Source of the DNA: an uncultured Bdellovibrionales bacterium
Lineage (GTDB): Bacteria > Patescibacteriota > Minisyncoccia > Moranbacterales > UBA2206
Assembly: GCA_964538685.1 (NCBI GenBank)
Contig: CAZIFD010000003.1
Location: forward strand, 757-64,756
Length of the DNA stretch: 64,000 nucleotides
Reading direction: 5' to 3'
Under the pieces are notes generated by a model. The model was not told where the DNA came from. It saw only the letters and a list, made by a program, of their open reading frames with translations, and ran no database searches. The translations under genes were made by a program, and so were the position numbers. Of the stretch, positions 22,788 to 32,268 are shown piece by piece. Numbering within the stretch: the first letter of the stretch is position 1; every line of letters begins with the position of its first letter.

Positions 22788-23141
22788 TTATTTCAATCCA
22801 CTTATTACTTTATGAAAATCCCAAATATCCGCTCGTAAATTTAGAAATAATTCATTTTTTATTAGATTATTCTTTTTAAATACATCCGCCAGTTGATGCA
22901 AATAATTATAAATAAGACTGTCAAATCTATATTCTCTGTTAAATCTATATCCTTCATCAAGTTCATTTTTTTCAAACTTATCTATCATTTCCTCAAAAAT
23001 TTCTTTTATTTGCTTTTTTAAATTATCATCAATTTCCGACAAATCAATATGCTCAAACCAATCCCTTTTTCTTTTTTCTACTTCTTTGGCACATAATTCT
23101 TTGCGCGATAACTCCGGACAAGATTCAAAATTATTTTCCAT
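22788..23141 (-). CDS. Hypothetical protein
   Basis: 117-aa ORF with no recognisable motif. Confidence 0.4.
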   Translation of the reverse strand: MENNFESCPELSRKELCAKEVEKRKRDWFEHIDLSEIDDNLKKQIKEIFEEMIDKFEKNELDEGYRFNREYRFDSLIYNYLHQLADVFKKNNLIKNELFLNLRADIWDFHKVISGLK

Positions 23142-23225
23142 ATTTTTAATTTATGCTAATTATTTTTATTTTTTGATTCCAGCTTCAAATATATGACCGT
23201 CAATTTTTATATCATTTTTTTTAAT

Positions 23226-23831
23226 TTACAGCAAAAAACTCTTTCCAACAAGATGCCAAACGGCTTTTTGAACAACCTTGTTCAGCTTTGAAATCTTTTC
23301 GTCATCCAACTTTCTGCATTTACCAATTTGATAAACTTTTGTTTTTATCCCGCAAAATTCCAAAATATCATTTTTAATATTTTTCTTGGGACGATTGCCT
23401 CGTAAATAAGAATACCAAATCGGTCCTCCGCTGGTCATTATTACTATCGCTTTTTTGCCCTTAAGAAGTTTTTTGGGTAAAACATTTTCGTATCTATATC
23501 CAAATCCAGGAGTAATAATTCTATCAAAGAAGCCCTTGAGAATCGCCGGCATCGCTCCCCACCAAATCGGATAAATAAAGATGAAATGATTGCTTCCGAT
23601 TATTTTCTTTTGAATAGATAAATTTTCTGCAGATATATTTCTATTTCCGGAAGTGTAATGTTCGTCTTCTCGCAAAATTGGATCATAATTCATTTTATAC
23701 AAATCCAAAACCTCATAGGGAATATTTCTTGCCACAAGTTCTTCTATGGTTTTTTCCAAAATTTTTGGACAATGTCCTTTTGTTTTGGGATGAGCATAAA
23801 CAATCAGTATTTTCATAAATTGAGCATCCAA
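23226..23831 (-). CDS. Flavodoxin-like NAD(P)H-dependent oxidoreductase (quinone reductase family)
   Basis: KILIVYAHP N-terminus typical of the Flavodoxin_2/NQO fold. Confidence 0.7.
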   Translation of the reverse strand: MDAQFMKILIVYAHPKTKGHCPKILEKTIEELVARNIPYEVLDLYKMNYDPILREDEHYTSGNRNISAENLSIQKKIIGSNHFIFIYPIWWGAMPAILKGFFDRIITPGFGYRYENVLPKKLLKGKKAIVIMTSGGPIWYSYLRGNRPKKNIKNDILEFCGIKTKVYQIGKCRKLDDEKISKLNKVVQKAVWHLVGKSFLL

Positions 23832-24289
23832 ATTGAATAATTTAGGTAGCCAGCGAAACTAACCCACAAAATATATGGTACCAGTAGCCAAGAAGCTAAT
23901 TTTGATATTTTTGCAAAAGCAATGATTGTGCCAAAAATAGCGAGCCAAAGAAAAATCATTTCCAAAAGCGCGCCACCTGGACTATGCAATCCAAAAAAAA
24001 TAATGGACCAAAGCATATTCAAAAACATTTGAACTCCAAAAGCCCAATAGGCCAAGCGTTTGTTTTTTCCGCTTTCGCTTACCCAGACCAGATATAACGC
24101 ATAGCCCATCAAAAGAAACAATGTTGTCCAGACTGGACCAAAAACCCAGCTCGGCGGATTGAGAGCCGGCTTAATTAGCACCGGATACCAATCTTTAACC
24201 GAACCGACCGTAAAAAAACTACCGATTCCCCCTGCCAGTTGCGGAATCAGCAAAGAAATTATGAGCTTAATAAAATTGTTTCTTCTCAT
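23813..24289 (-). CDS. tspO: TspO/MBR tryptophan-rich sensory protein
   Basis: 5-TM protein with Trp-rich motifs (PPSWVFGPVWTTLF). Confidence 0.8.
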   Translation of the reverse strand: MRRNNFIKLIISLLIPQLAGGIGSFFTVGSVKDWYPVLIKPALNPPSWVFGPVWTTLFLLMGYALYLVWVSESGKNKRLAYWAFGVQMFLNMLWSIIFFGLHSPGGALLEMIFLWLAIFGTIIAFAKISKLASWLLVPYILWVSFAGYLNYSIWMLNL

Positions 24290-24460
24290 TTTTGAAACTT
24301 AAACAAACGCCCATAAAACAAAAATTGAAGCAAAATTGTAAGTCCTATATCTTTCCAAAAAAATACCAACTTCGCTTATGTTTTGAATATTTCCTATTTT
24401 ATCTTAATTTCCGAGCAAAATCAAAAATTACAAATATAATCTTTCGGAATCTATCCTTTT

Positions 24461-25198
24461 CTAAACCAACATCGTCAAACCAACATGCACAAGAACACTG
24501 AGAAATAGTCCTAAAATGAATAATGGAATCTTTCCATATTTATGAGCCATAGGAAACAATTCATGCAAAGAAACAAAAATCATCGCCCCTGCCGCAAAAG
24601 CCATAAAAAAAGAGTTTAAACTAGGAAAAAATTCTAAAGTAGCCAAACCCAGAACGGCTCCTGCTGGTTCGGCCAAAGCTGAAAGAAAGGCCGCCTTCAG
24701 GACCAACTCTTTTTTCTTTGCCAATAAAAGTGGTACCGCCATAGCAAATTCTTCGGGAATATTGTGAATAGCAATCGCCAATGCCACCAAGATTCCCAAA
24801 GAAGAAGAATGAATGTAAGAAGTAGCCATAGCGAATCCTTCCGGAAAATCATGTAAAATCAACCCGATAACAATCAAATAGGCAGTTTTAATCAGAGTTC
24901 TTTTCCTTCCTTCATTCTCTTTGACTAAATGAGTATGAGGAATTATCAAGTTTAAAATTCCAATAAAGAACACTCCTAAAAATAAACCCAAAAATGTCTT
25001 GACCAATCCAGATGCTTCCAATGACTCGGGAATTAGCTCAAAAAAAGAAATTAGAAGCATAATGCCGACCGAAAAACCAATGCCAATAACTATTCCCTTA
25101 ACGCTTTTTTTGAAAAAGAAAGCCAGCCCCACTCCAATGATTGTGGAGACAACAGAAAGACAAGATAAAAGGATTATTGCAATAGAAGTTTTTTCCAT
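24461..25198 (-). CDS. zupT: ZIP family metal transporter
   Basis: HDFPEGFAMA and HNIPEEFAMA metal-binding motifs. Confidence 0.8.
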   Translation of the reverse strand: MEKTSIAIILLSCLSVVSTIIGVGLAFFFKKSVKGIVIGIGFSVGIMLLISFFELIPESLEASGLVKTFLGLFLGVFFIGILNLIIPHTHLVKENEGRKRTLIKTAYLIVIGLILHDFPEGFAMATSYIHSSSLGILVALAIAIHNIPEEFAMAVPLLLAKKKELVLKAAFLSALAEPAGAVLGLATLEFFPSLNSFFMAFAAGAMIFVSLHELFPMAHKYGKIPLFILGLFLSVLVHVGLTMLV

Positions 25199-25302
25199 TT
25201 TGAAATAAAATTATATTTGAATATGTTTCGTTGTCCTAATCATCACCCTTGCCACAATTAAATTACTGAATTTATTCCTGAATTTATCTTAAGCTTACAA
25301 TA

Positions 25303-26940
25303 TTAACATTTTTTTTCAAGCATTTCTTTGGCCATTGCAATTGCTTCCGTACTGCTTTTAGCAACAAATTTTTCTCCCCCCAAAAGATCAATAATTCCGT
25401 TCTTCTTCAAATTTCTAAAAACATTTTTTTGCATAGTGGCTAAAATAATTTTTCCGCCATTCGCAAGCACTTCGTCAATTAAAAGTTCCAAAGCGTGCAT
25501 AGCTGTCGCATCAATTTCATCTACATGTTTCATACGAATAATCAAAACTCCGTCTTGAGAATATCCCATACGCTCCTGCATCACACTGGCGGCGCCGAAA
25601 AACATTGGTCCATTTATTTCATACAAAGAAATTTGCGGAAAATTACTGATACTGGCATGCAATTTTTTACTTCCCTCACTGCCAATTTTTACATTATCTT
25701 CCAAACTGATCACTCGGATATCACTCACGCGTTTAACAAACAACAATGCCGCCATCACAACCCCAACTCCCACTGCCACAGTCAAATCCGCAAAAACTGT
25801 CAAAAGAAAAGTCGCAAGCAAAACAATGACATCGCGTCGGGGAGCTTTCATCAGTTTTTTGAAATGATCAATTTCAGCCATATTATAAGCCACAATAAGT
25901 AAAATCGCAGCCAAGGCAGACAATGGAATAACTTTAGCATAGCGAGCAAAAATTAAAATAATCAGAAGCAAAACAAAAGCGTGGATGATTCCGGCTATTC
26001 TGGTTCTTGCTCCGTTTTTAATGTTTGTGGCAGTTCTTGCTATCGCTCCTGTCGCCGGAATTCCTCCAAAAAAAGGCACCACCACATTGCCAATTCCTTG
26101 CGCAATCAATTCTTTGTTTGAATTATGTTTTGTTCCGGTCATACCATCTGCCACTACTGCAGAAAGCAAAGACTCAATTGCGCCCAGCATAGCTACCGTA
26201 AAAGCCGAAGGCAAAAGAAGCTTCATATTTTCAAAATTGAAATCCAACATATGAAAAGACGGCAGACCGGCTGGAATATCCCCTACAATCGGAATTTTGC
26301 CAGCAAAAAAAAGACTAGCGACAATTCCCCCCAAAAGAGCTACGGGTGCCGGCGGAAATTTTTTATTGTATTTTTTCCAAATGAAAAAAACTGCCAAAGT
26401 AACCAAACCAACAACTATGGCTGGCAAGGTTATGCCTCGTTCAAAACTTTCAAAAATCATTTTGACCGTATCAATAAAATCAAGCGGGCGCTTGCCTTCA
26501 AAATCCAAACCGAGGAAATTTTTTATCTGACCAGAAAATATTATTACTGCAATACCAGAAGTAAATCCAACGGTAACGGGATATGGGATATATTTAATGA
26601 TTGATCCGAACTTAAAAGCACCCATCAAAATCAATATGATACCCGCCATAAATCCTGTCATCAACAATCCTTCCACTCCAAATTTATTAACAATACTCAA
26701 TAAGATCACAATAAATGCTCCCGTTGGTCCGGACACTTGATATTTTGAACCCGAAAAAACAGCAATGATTCCACCGGCAATTATTGCTGTATAAAGTCCT
26801 TGCTCAGCGCTTACTCCCGAAGCAATGGCAAAGGCGATAGATAGTGGCAAAGCCACCAAACCAACAACTATCCCTGCAATCAAATCTGCTTTCAAATCAT
26901 TTTTTAGGTACATCCTGACTGACTTTTTTGTAAAAAACAT
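25303..26940 (-). CDS. SulP family anion transporter with C-terminal STAS domain
   Basis: 545 aa polytopic protein with a STAS-like C-terminal tail. Confidence 0.85.
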   Translation of the reverse strand: MFFTKKSVRMYLKNDLKADLIAGIVVGLVALPLSIAFAIASGVSAEQGLYTAIIAGGIIAVFSGSKYQVSGPTGAFIVILLSIVNKFGVEGLLMTGFMAGIILILMGAFKFGSIIKYIPYPVTVGFTSGIAVIIFSGQIKNFLGLDFEGKRPLDFIDTVKMIFESFERGITLPAIVVGLVTLAVFFIWKKYNKKFPPAPVALLGGIVASLFFAGKIPIVGDIPAGLPSFHMLDFNFENMKLLLPSAFTVAMLGAIESLLSAVVADGMTGTKHNSNKELIAQGIGNVVVPFFGGIPATGAIARTATNIKNGARTRIAGIIHAFVLLLIILIFARYAKVIPLSALAAILLIVAYNMAEIDHFKKLMKAPRRDVIVLLATFLLTVFADLTVAVGVGVVMAALLFVKRVSDIRVISLEDNVKIGSEGSKKLHASISNFPQISLYEINGPMFFGAASVMQERMGYSQDGVLIIRMKHVDEIDATAMHALELLIDEVLANGGKIILATMQKNVFRNLKKNGIIDLLGGEKFVAKSSTEAIAMAKEMLEKKC

Positions 26941-27156
26941 AGCCGTAAATTTTGTTAATTAAAAATAAAGTCCAGCCTTTTGGGCTGGTTAACCGGTAAC
27001 TATAAATTGCCAGAAAAACAAAACACCGCGTGCACTAACAAACGCTGGTGATTCTATATTTCAAACTATTAAGGCACTTGGCTCACAATGATAGATTATA
27101 TTCTCATTTAAAAATTTTGCAAGTGCTTGTTTTTATGCATTTTTACAGATGATTTA

Positions 27157-27251
27157 TTCCTGAATTAATTCGGGAATTTGTTGCCAATTAAGTAAGCTAA
27201 TGACCGTCCCAGAATGGTTCTATTTTTTTATTATATCACTAAACAAAAACA
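27157..27251. repeat. 95-bp direct repeat, copy A (94/95 identical to 33651..33745). Contains a near-palindromic operator TTCCTGAATTAATTCGGGAA and a minus-strand extended -10 (TGATATAAT)
   Basis: Direct sequence comparison of the two copies. Confidence 0.85.
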
Positions 27252-27556
27252 ACCGCGTTTAGCGATTGTATTTGTGGAAGGTCGCGCCTTTAGATCATCT
27301 TCTCAGTGTCGCCGGATTTCTAATAACTTTTTATGGCTTTCGTATCTCCTACCGATCGGACCCTATCTGTCGAGTCGCAGTTTCCCAATAACCTTTTACT
27401 TACTTCTCCGCCAAACATATTTATATCCAGGAGGTGCTGGTGGTTTTGGTGGTTTGATTTCCGGAATTCTTGGGATACGAGGCCCTCTTGGACCTCTAGG
27501 AATTTTAATTTTTGGAATCACAAGCGGACCATTGGGATCTTTTATCAGCTTCCATG

Positions 27557-28939
27557 TCATACCCTTTCACCCCCTTTCTCAATCATCTCTTCAACTTTTC
27601 TTTTGGCTTCTTCTAATAATTCTTTGGCTTTCCTGCGCGCTCCATGTGACTTCTGCACAAGATTGGCAATTTTTTCTTGAATTTCTTTTGGCAAAATTGG
27701 AACAACGACATTTTTAATTTGCTCCGGTTTCCAGTGAGCAATGACCGACCCGCCAGCATCTCGTTCAGCCTGCATTTGTCCGACCAAAGAATTTAGACAT
27801 AGTGCCAAATATTCTGCTTCGACATCATCATCTTTTAATTTTAACCGCAAAGTTCCGCCAGAAATAATACCTTGGATATCTTCTTTGAGAACGTAAGCAA
27901 TCCCTGGCGTCGCATCCTTGGTTAAAAGGATTTCGCCTTTTTTCGGCTCAAAATTATTTTTTAACTCATCATATAGCTTATCGCTCAAGTATTTTTGATC
28001 ACTTTCAACCACCCCAAATTTTGTCATACTACTAACTCGAATAAAAACTTTGCCTTCTTCCTGATATTCTTCCGCTCCAACCTCAATCCCTTTTCTCACA
28101 GAAACCAAATCGCTCAGTTTTTTGAAATTTTGAGATTTGATTTTCAAAAATAGTTTCTCATATTTTTTTTGAAAATATTCCGCATCTATCCGCTCTGCAC
28201 CCAAGACATCCGAAAAATTTACAATCGTTGATAAATTTTCCCCCGCATCAGAATTTTCTAAATTCAATTCTTTCAAGAGTAGCCTTTCGGCTCGTTGATA
28301 AAAGCTAATAGACTTTCTTTTTTCATTTACAATTTCAGAATATAAATCTTCAAAAATATCATACTTTGCACTTTCGCTTAATGGCACAATTAAACTCTCT
28401 ATATCTAAAACATTTAACTTTAATTGGATATTTCCACTAGCTTTTCTAAAAATTTGCGCCTGACCAAACTTGCTTAATAGAAAAAATAAAATGAAAGATT
28501 TTATTTTATTGTTTAAATTTTGCAATCTTATTCCAATATTATTTTCGCTTATATTAACTTCCCCGAAGCTATCATCAATAACAGACAGCCTGCCAATTGT
28601 AGCAATTTTTGATAGAACGATATCTCCAATATTCAAATGGGTGCTATAAATTCTTTTATTTTCTTCCTCTGAAATATAAACTAAATTATCTTTATCAATA
28701 AAAATGTCCGAAATATCACCAATGCGAATAAATGGGATGCCGTCGCTTTGATATGATTCGCTTTTCAGGGTAGAGCCAAATGGACCGCTAAAAACTTTTT
28801 CTGATATATTTTTTATTGTTTCGAATTTATTTTTTTTTATTTGATTTTCCACATCTAAATACTCTGGCTGATAATATTCAGCATCCAATCGCATCGCGCC
28901 TTCAAGTTGAGATTTTTGGATTATTGAAAAAGTTATCAT
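27557..28939 (-). CDS. hsdS: Restriction-modification specificity subunit (HsdS/BcgIB-like, two target-recognition domains)
   Basis: Duplicated TRD-plus-conserved-spacer architecture (RLDAEYYQPEY ... ERIDAEYFQKKY). Confidence 0.8.
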   Translation of the reverse strand: MITFSIIQKSQLEGAMRLDAEYYQPEYLDVENQIKKNKFETIKNISEKVFSGPFGSTLKSESYQSDGIPFIRIGDISDIFIDKDNLVYISEEENKRIYSTHLNIGDIVLSKIATIGRLSVIDDSFGEVNISENNIGIRLQNLNNKIKSFILFFLLSKFGQAQIFRKASGNIQLKLNVLDIESLIVPLSESAKYDIFEDLYSEIVNEKRKSISFYQRAERLLLKELNLENSDAGENLSTIVNFSDVLGAERIDAEYFQKKYEKLFLKIKSQNFKKLSDLVSVRKGIEVGAEEYQEEGKVFIRVSSMTKFGVVESDQKYLSDKLYDELKNNFEPKKGEILLTKDATPGIAYVLKEDIQGIISGGTLRLKLKDDDVEAEYLALCLNSLVGQMQAERDAGGSVIAHWKPEQIKNVVVPILPKEIQEKIANLVQKSHGARRKAKELLEEAKRKVEEMIEKGGERV

Positions 28940-28940
28940 T

Positions 28941-29270
28941 TTATTTGCTAAAAATCCACTTATATTTTTTAAGTTTTTCGAGATATGTTAACTCTGCCTT
29001 CTTTTTATCTATTTTATTATCATATTTTACCCTTAAGACATTCTCGATTTTTGTTCTGATGCCAGAAAAAGTTAGGCCTCTTCTAGCCATATCCGCCTTA
29101 ATATTTTCTTGATCTTTCAAATATTCATTTTTTAATTCTGCTATTTCTATTCTCTTTATTTCTATTTCCTTATCAATTTCAAGGCCCTTTAATTTTCTAT
29201 TTTCTAAATACAAATAGACAGTCATCAGTCCCAATATGCCATTCAGTATTTTGGATATTATATCCCACAT
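28941..29270 (-). CDS. Small protein with N-terminal TM and coiled-coil
   Basis: 109 aa with a 2-bp gap to hsdS. Confidence 0.45.
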   Translation of the reverse strand: MWDIISKILNGILGLMTVYLYLENRKLKGLEIDKEIEIKRIEIAELKNEYLKDQENIKADMARRGLTFSGIRTKIENVLRVKYDNKIDKKKAELTYLEKLKKYKWIFSK

Positions 29271-29276
29271 ATTCCT

Positions 29277-29591
29277 TTATAAAATTTTAACTATAATTTT
29301 AATCATAAAATAAGCTGAAACTATTAAACCAAACAAAAACATTCCCCATAGAAACTTTCCAAAATATGTTGTCTCATAGCTAAAAATTCCGCTAGGAGTG
29401 GGTAAAGAGTCTTTTCTTTTACCCAACAAAATTGAAAGTCCCATAATAGTCACCCCCATTGATAAACCGAACAAATTTTTATTTTCAAGAAAAGAAATGT
29501 CATACTGAACAGAAATAAACATCAAAAAAATTCCCAAATAAATAAAGATGTAAAATTTATTAATTTGTAATTTTCCAATGACTTCCTTCAT
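29277..29591 (-). CDS. Small 3-TM membrane protein
   Basis: 104-aa hydrophobic ORF in the same operon. Confidence 0.45.
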   Translation of the reverse strand: MKEVIGKLQINKFYIFIYLGIFLMFISVQYDISFLENKNLFGLSMGVTIMGLSILLGKRKDSLPTPSGIFSYETTYFGKFLWGMFLFGLIVSAYFMIKIIVKIL

Positions 29592-29644
29592 TTTTAAAAA
29601 TATTATCCTTGATTAAAGCGTATTATTGGTGAGTATAGCGACTA

Positions 29645-29756
29645 TTGACAATCTATCAGAAACTGCTATACTTACAATGTCTTTCGGTCAACATAGACTG
29701 AAAGGGTATTACATCCAAGAGCAGTCCTCCTTGCGGAGGGCTGTTTTATTTCTTTT
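29645..29756 (+). ncRNA. Candidate small RNA, antisense-oriented within the RM/NYN operon
   Basis: Near-consensus promoter (TTGACA 29645-29650, 16-nt spacer, TATACT 29667-29672). About 78 nt downstream lies a GC hairpin (CAGTCCTCC-TTGC-GGAGGGCTG) followed by TTTTATTTCTTTT. An 8-bp inverted repeat (AGTATAGC/GCTATACT) brackets the promoter. Confidence 0.3.
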
Positions 29757-30327
29757 CAGATCTGTATCTCAACTCCTTCCCCCAAACATCTTCTTCAATT
29801 TTCAATACATCAAAATATCCGTCGCCACCGGTTTTCAATTCCCGAGAAGCGTTGTTTTCTGAAGAAAAAATATATACCTTCTTGCCCCTATTTTTTAAAT
29901 AAGTTACCAATGCTAAAAAATCCGAATCTCCACTGAATAATATCGCAGTATCATATTTCTTTATATGGTGCATTGCATCTATTGTCATTTCAACATCCAT
30001 GTTTCCCTTTTCCTCGATAGCCTGTCCGTTATCCGTAACTATCGAAATGCGTTTCAGTTCCTTTTTTCTAACAACAAAACCCAAACCCTTCTTCAGGAAT
30101 GTAAAAAACTTATGCTTTCCATCCGTGCTATAATCACGAGTTCCTTCGGCCGGATAAGCAGTATAATAAAATACTTTTATTTCGGTTGACTCAAATTTGT
30201 TTTTAAGGTAGTTTCTTAATTTTTCTAAATCAAAAAGTCTCCCCTTCGTCTTTTGAGCTTGCCAAAGATTGGAAGCGTCAACAAAAACATAGACTGCATT
30301 TTTATTTTGTTTTTCTTGGTCATGCAT
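29746..30327 (-). CDS. NYN domain (LabA-like) nuclease
   Basis: Conserved acidic motifs VFVDASNL, DVEMTIDAM and SGDSDF. Sits 6 bp downstream of the methyltransferase gene. Confidence 0.75.
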   Translation of the reverse strand: MHDQEKQNKNAVYVFVDASNLWQAQKTKGRLFDLEKLRNYLKNKFESTEIKVFYYTAYPAEGTRDYSTDGKHKFFTFLKKGLGFVVRKKELKRISIVTDNGQAIEEKGNMDVEMTIDAMHHIKKYDTAILFSGDSDFLALVTYLKNRGKKVYIFSSENNASRELKTGGDGYFDVLKIEEDVWGKELRYRSEKK

Positions 30328-30332
30328 AATAT

Positions 30333-32264
30333 TTATTTTTTCATAAACCTCAAAAACTCTTCCGCGATTTCTTCCAGATCATGATCAATGATTTTCTTTC
30401 CATTCGGGTCAAACATCACATTTCCATCCTTGTCTTTCTTGTAGACATAATCCCCCGAAGTATCTTTTCCGCCTCTCTTTGAAACCGCCATAAAAATCGG
30501 ATAGTCATCTACTTTTGGACAAAGCGGTCCGGCCTTCGGATCATCATTCCATTTTTGCAAAAACAACACGCTTGTTTTTGTCCCGGTATGCGGCTTGAAA
30601 GTGTTTCCATGAAGTCCAACGACTGCCAAAAGCCTGGCTTTGTCCAGAAAGAAACGGCGCACATATTCCATTTGAGTATTATTCAGGATTCCTTGCGGCA
30701 AAACAATGGCCATTCTTCCGCCCGGTTTTAGAAAATTCAAGTCTCTTTCAATAAAAAGAACATCGCGAGAAACCTTGTTTTGATGCTTATTGGTTTTTTG
30801 AAAATCTTTGTCCCACTTAAAGCCCAGGTCATATCGATTGAGAAGTACCCCTTTGATTTCTCCGGCAAATGGCGGATTAGTGATGACTATATCAAAATCA
30901 AAGTCTGTCATTTTCTCCTGATTTCTTCTGTCTTCTTCCGGATCTTTTAATTTTCTAAGAAATGGCCGGAATTTAGCTTTGGCCTCTTCATTCCAAACTT
31001 CGCTGTCGAGTGAATTGGCATAAGTCACATTAGTTTTTCCGTCTCCAGCAATCAGCATCATGGCTTTTCCGATTTTAACACTGCGAGGATCAAAATCGAT
31101 TCCAAACAAACGTTTTTCGGCATAGTCTTTGCGTTCCACATCGTAGCGCTCGCCATATTTTTCTTTGGTAATTTCCCTTTTCCAAACATATTGCATGGCA
31201 TGAAGCAAAAAACCACAGCTTCCGGCTGCCGTGTCGATAATATAATCATTGGAAGTTGGAGCAAGCATCTTGACGGCCATATCAATAACATGGCGTGGTG
31301 TGAAATATTGGCCCTTTTCTCCTTTGGCATCCAGATTGATTAAATATTCAAAAGCATCGTCAATCACTTGAAGATTTGATCCAAACAGGCGGTATTTTTG
31401 AAGAAGAGAAACTGCCGGCACAACAACATTTTCTGGAATCTCCAATTCATCATTTGCCTTGAAAACTTCCCGCCACTCTCTTTTGGCATCTTCGAAAAGA
31501 CGTTCAATATTATTGAGATTTTCTTTGTTGGTAGCTCCAGCGATTACCCTAAACCTTCTATTTTCATTTCTTGGAGTCCGAATATCATCATAGAGCTTGG
31601 CATAGATAAGTTTGAAAATTTCATCAAAAGAATTAACGCCACTATTAGCCAGAACGACTTCCTGCAGATCATAGACCAGTTGCTGCAGATTTGGGATTTC
31701 ATCCAAGTCGTCATAAGTAAGCTTTTTTGTTCTAACATCCTCCACCGTTTCATTGAATTTGGGAATTTCCGGCAAATCTTCAAAAAGGTTAGGATCGGTT
31801 CGGAGAATATTATTTTGAATTTTTCCGTCCGTTAGAATCAGGATCGGCGCGCCAGTCGCATTAGCGTAGCTCTTGAGCTGCCCTAGTCCATCTTTTACAT
31901 CAGGTTTTTTGACCTCAACCACAAGGTATGGAGTTTTTCCGTCTTCCCGATAAATTACAATGTCCGCCCTTTTAGATCCAATCTCTCTTCCAAATTGAAC
32001 ATCTACCTCAACATCCAGTCGATCTAGGGGATATTTATAAAAATTAACCAGCTTATATATCATAAGTTGGCGAACAATTTCTTCCGGTTTAGCTTGGATA
32101 CTTTTTTTTCTTTTTAAACATTCAAGATAATATTTTCCTTCTTTTTCCGAAAAGCGAATAACTTCTTCAATAGTAATTCCTTCAAAAACCGAAAGCCCAA
32201 ATTGCATATCTGGATTATGAAATATCTTGCCCAAAATTTCGCTAGTCTTTTTTTGATCTACCAT
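30333..32264 (-). CDS. Fused PD-(D/E)xK endonuclease (HsdR_N-like) plus gamma-class N6-adenine DNA methyltransferase (BcgI-A-like type IIB / type I-like RM subunit)
   Basis: N-terminal D...EVK nuclease motif (RADIVIY...YLVVEVKKP). MTase motif I (IIDTAAGSCGFLL) and motif IV (NPPF). Confidence 0.8.
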   Translation of the reverse strand: MVDQKKTSEILGKIFHNPDMQFGLSVFEGITIEEVIRFSEKEGKYYLECLKRKKSIQAKPEEIVRQLMIYKLVNFYKYPLDRLDVEVDVQFGREIGSKRADIVIYREDGKTPYLVVEVKKPDVKDGLGQLKSYANATGAPILILTDGKIQNNILRTDPNLFEDLPEIPKFNETVEDVRTKKLTYDDLDEIPNLQQLVYDLQEVVLANSGVNSFDEIFKLIYAKLYDDIRTPRNENRRFRVIAGATNKENLNNIERLFEDAKREWREVFKANDELEIPENVVVPAVSLLQKYRLFGSNLQVIDDAFEYLINLDAKGEKGQYFTPRHVIDMAVKMLAPTSNDYIIDTAAGSCGFLLHAMQYVWKREITKEKYGERYDVERKDYAEKRLFGIDFDPRSVKIGKAMMLIAGDGKTNVTYANSLDSEVWNEEAKAKFRPFLRKLKDPEEDRRNQEKMTDFDFDIVITNPPFAGEIKGVLLNRYDLGFKWDKDFQKTNKHQNKVSRDVLFIERDLNFLKPGGRMAIVLPQGILNNTQMEYVRRFFLDKARLLAVVGLHGNTFKPHTGTKTSVLFLQKWNDDPKAGPLCPKVDDYPIFMAVSKRGGKDTSGDYVYKKDKDGNVMFDPNGKKIIDHDLEEIAEEFLRFMKK

Positions 32265-32268
32265 ATTA

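Noticed and set aside
27214-27717. Plus-strand ORFs 27214..27717 and 27333..27680 downstream of the repeat copy
   Set aside because: These are low-complexity Gly/Pro/Leu translations overlapping the hsdS 3' end. A short minus-strand Pro-rich ORF (~27395..27555) also exists but is under 60 aa and unsupported, so it is not called.
29626-29862. 78-aa plus-strand ORF in the RM operon gap
   Set aside because: The ORF runs through a strong intrinsic terminator and into the NYN gene on the opposite strand. The region is better explained as a promoter/terminator-bounded small RNA.
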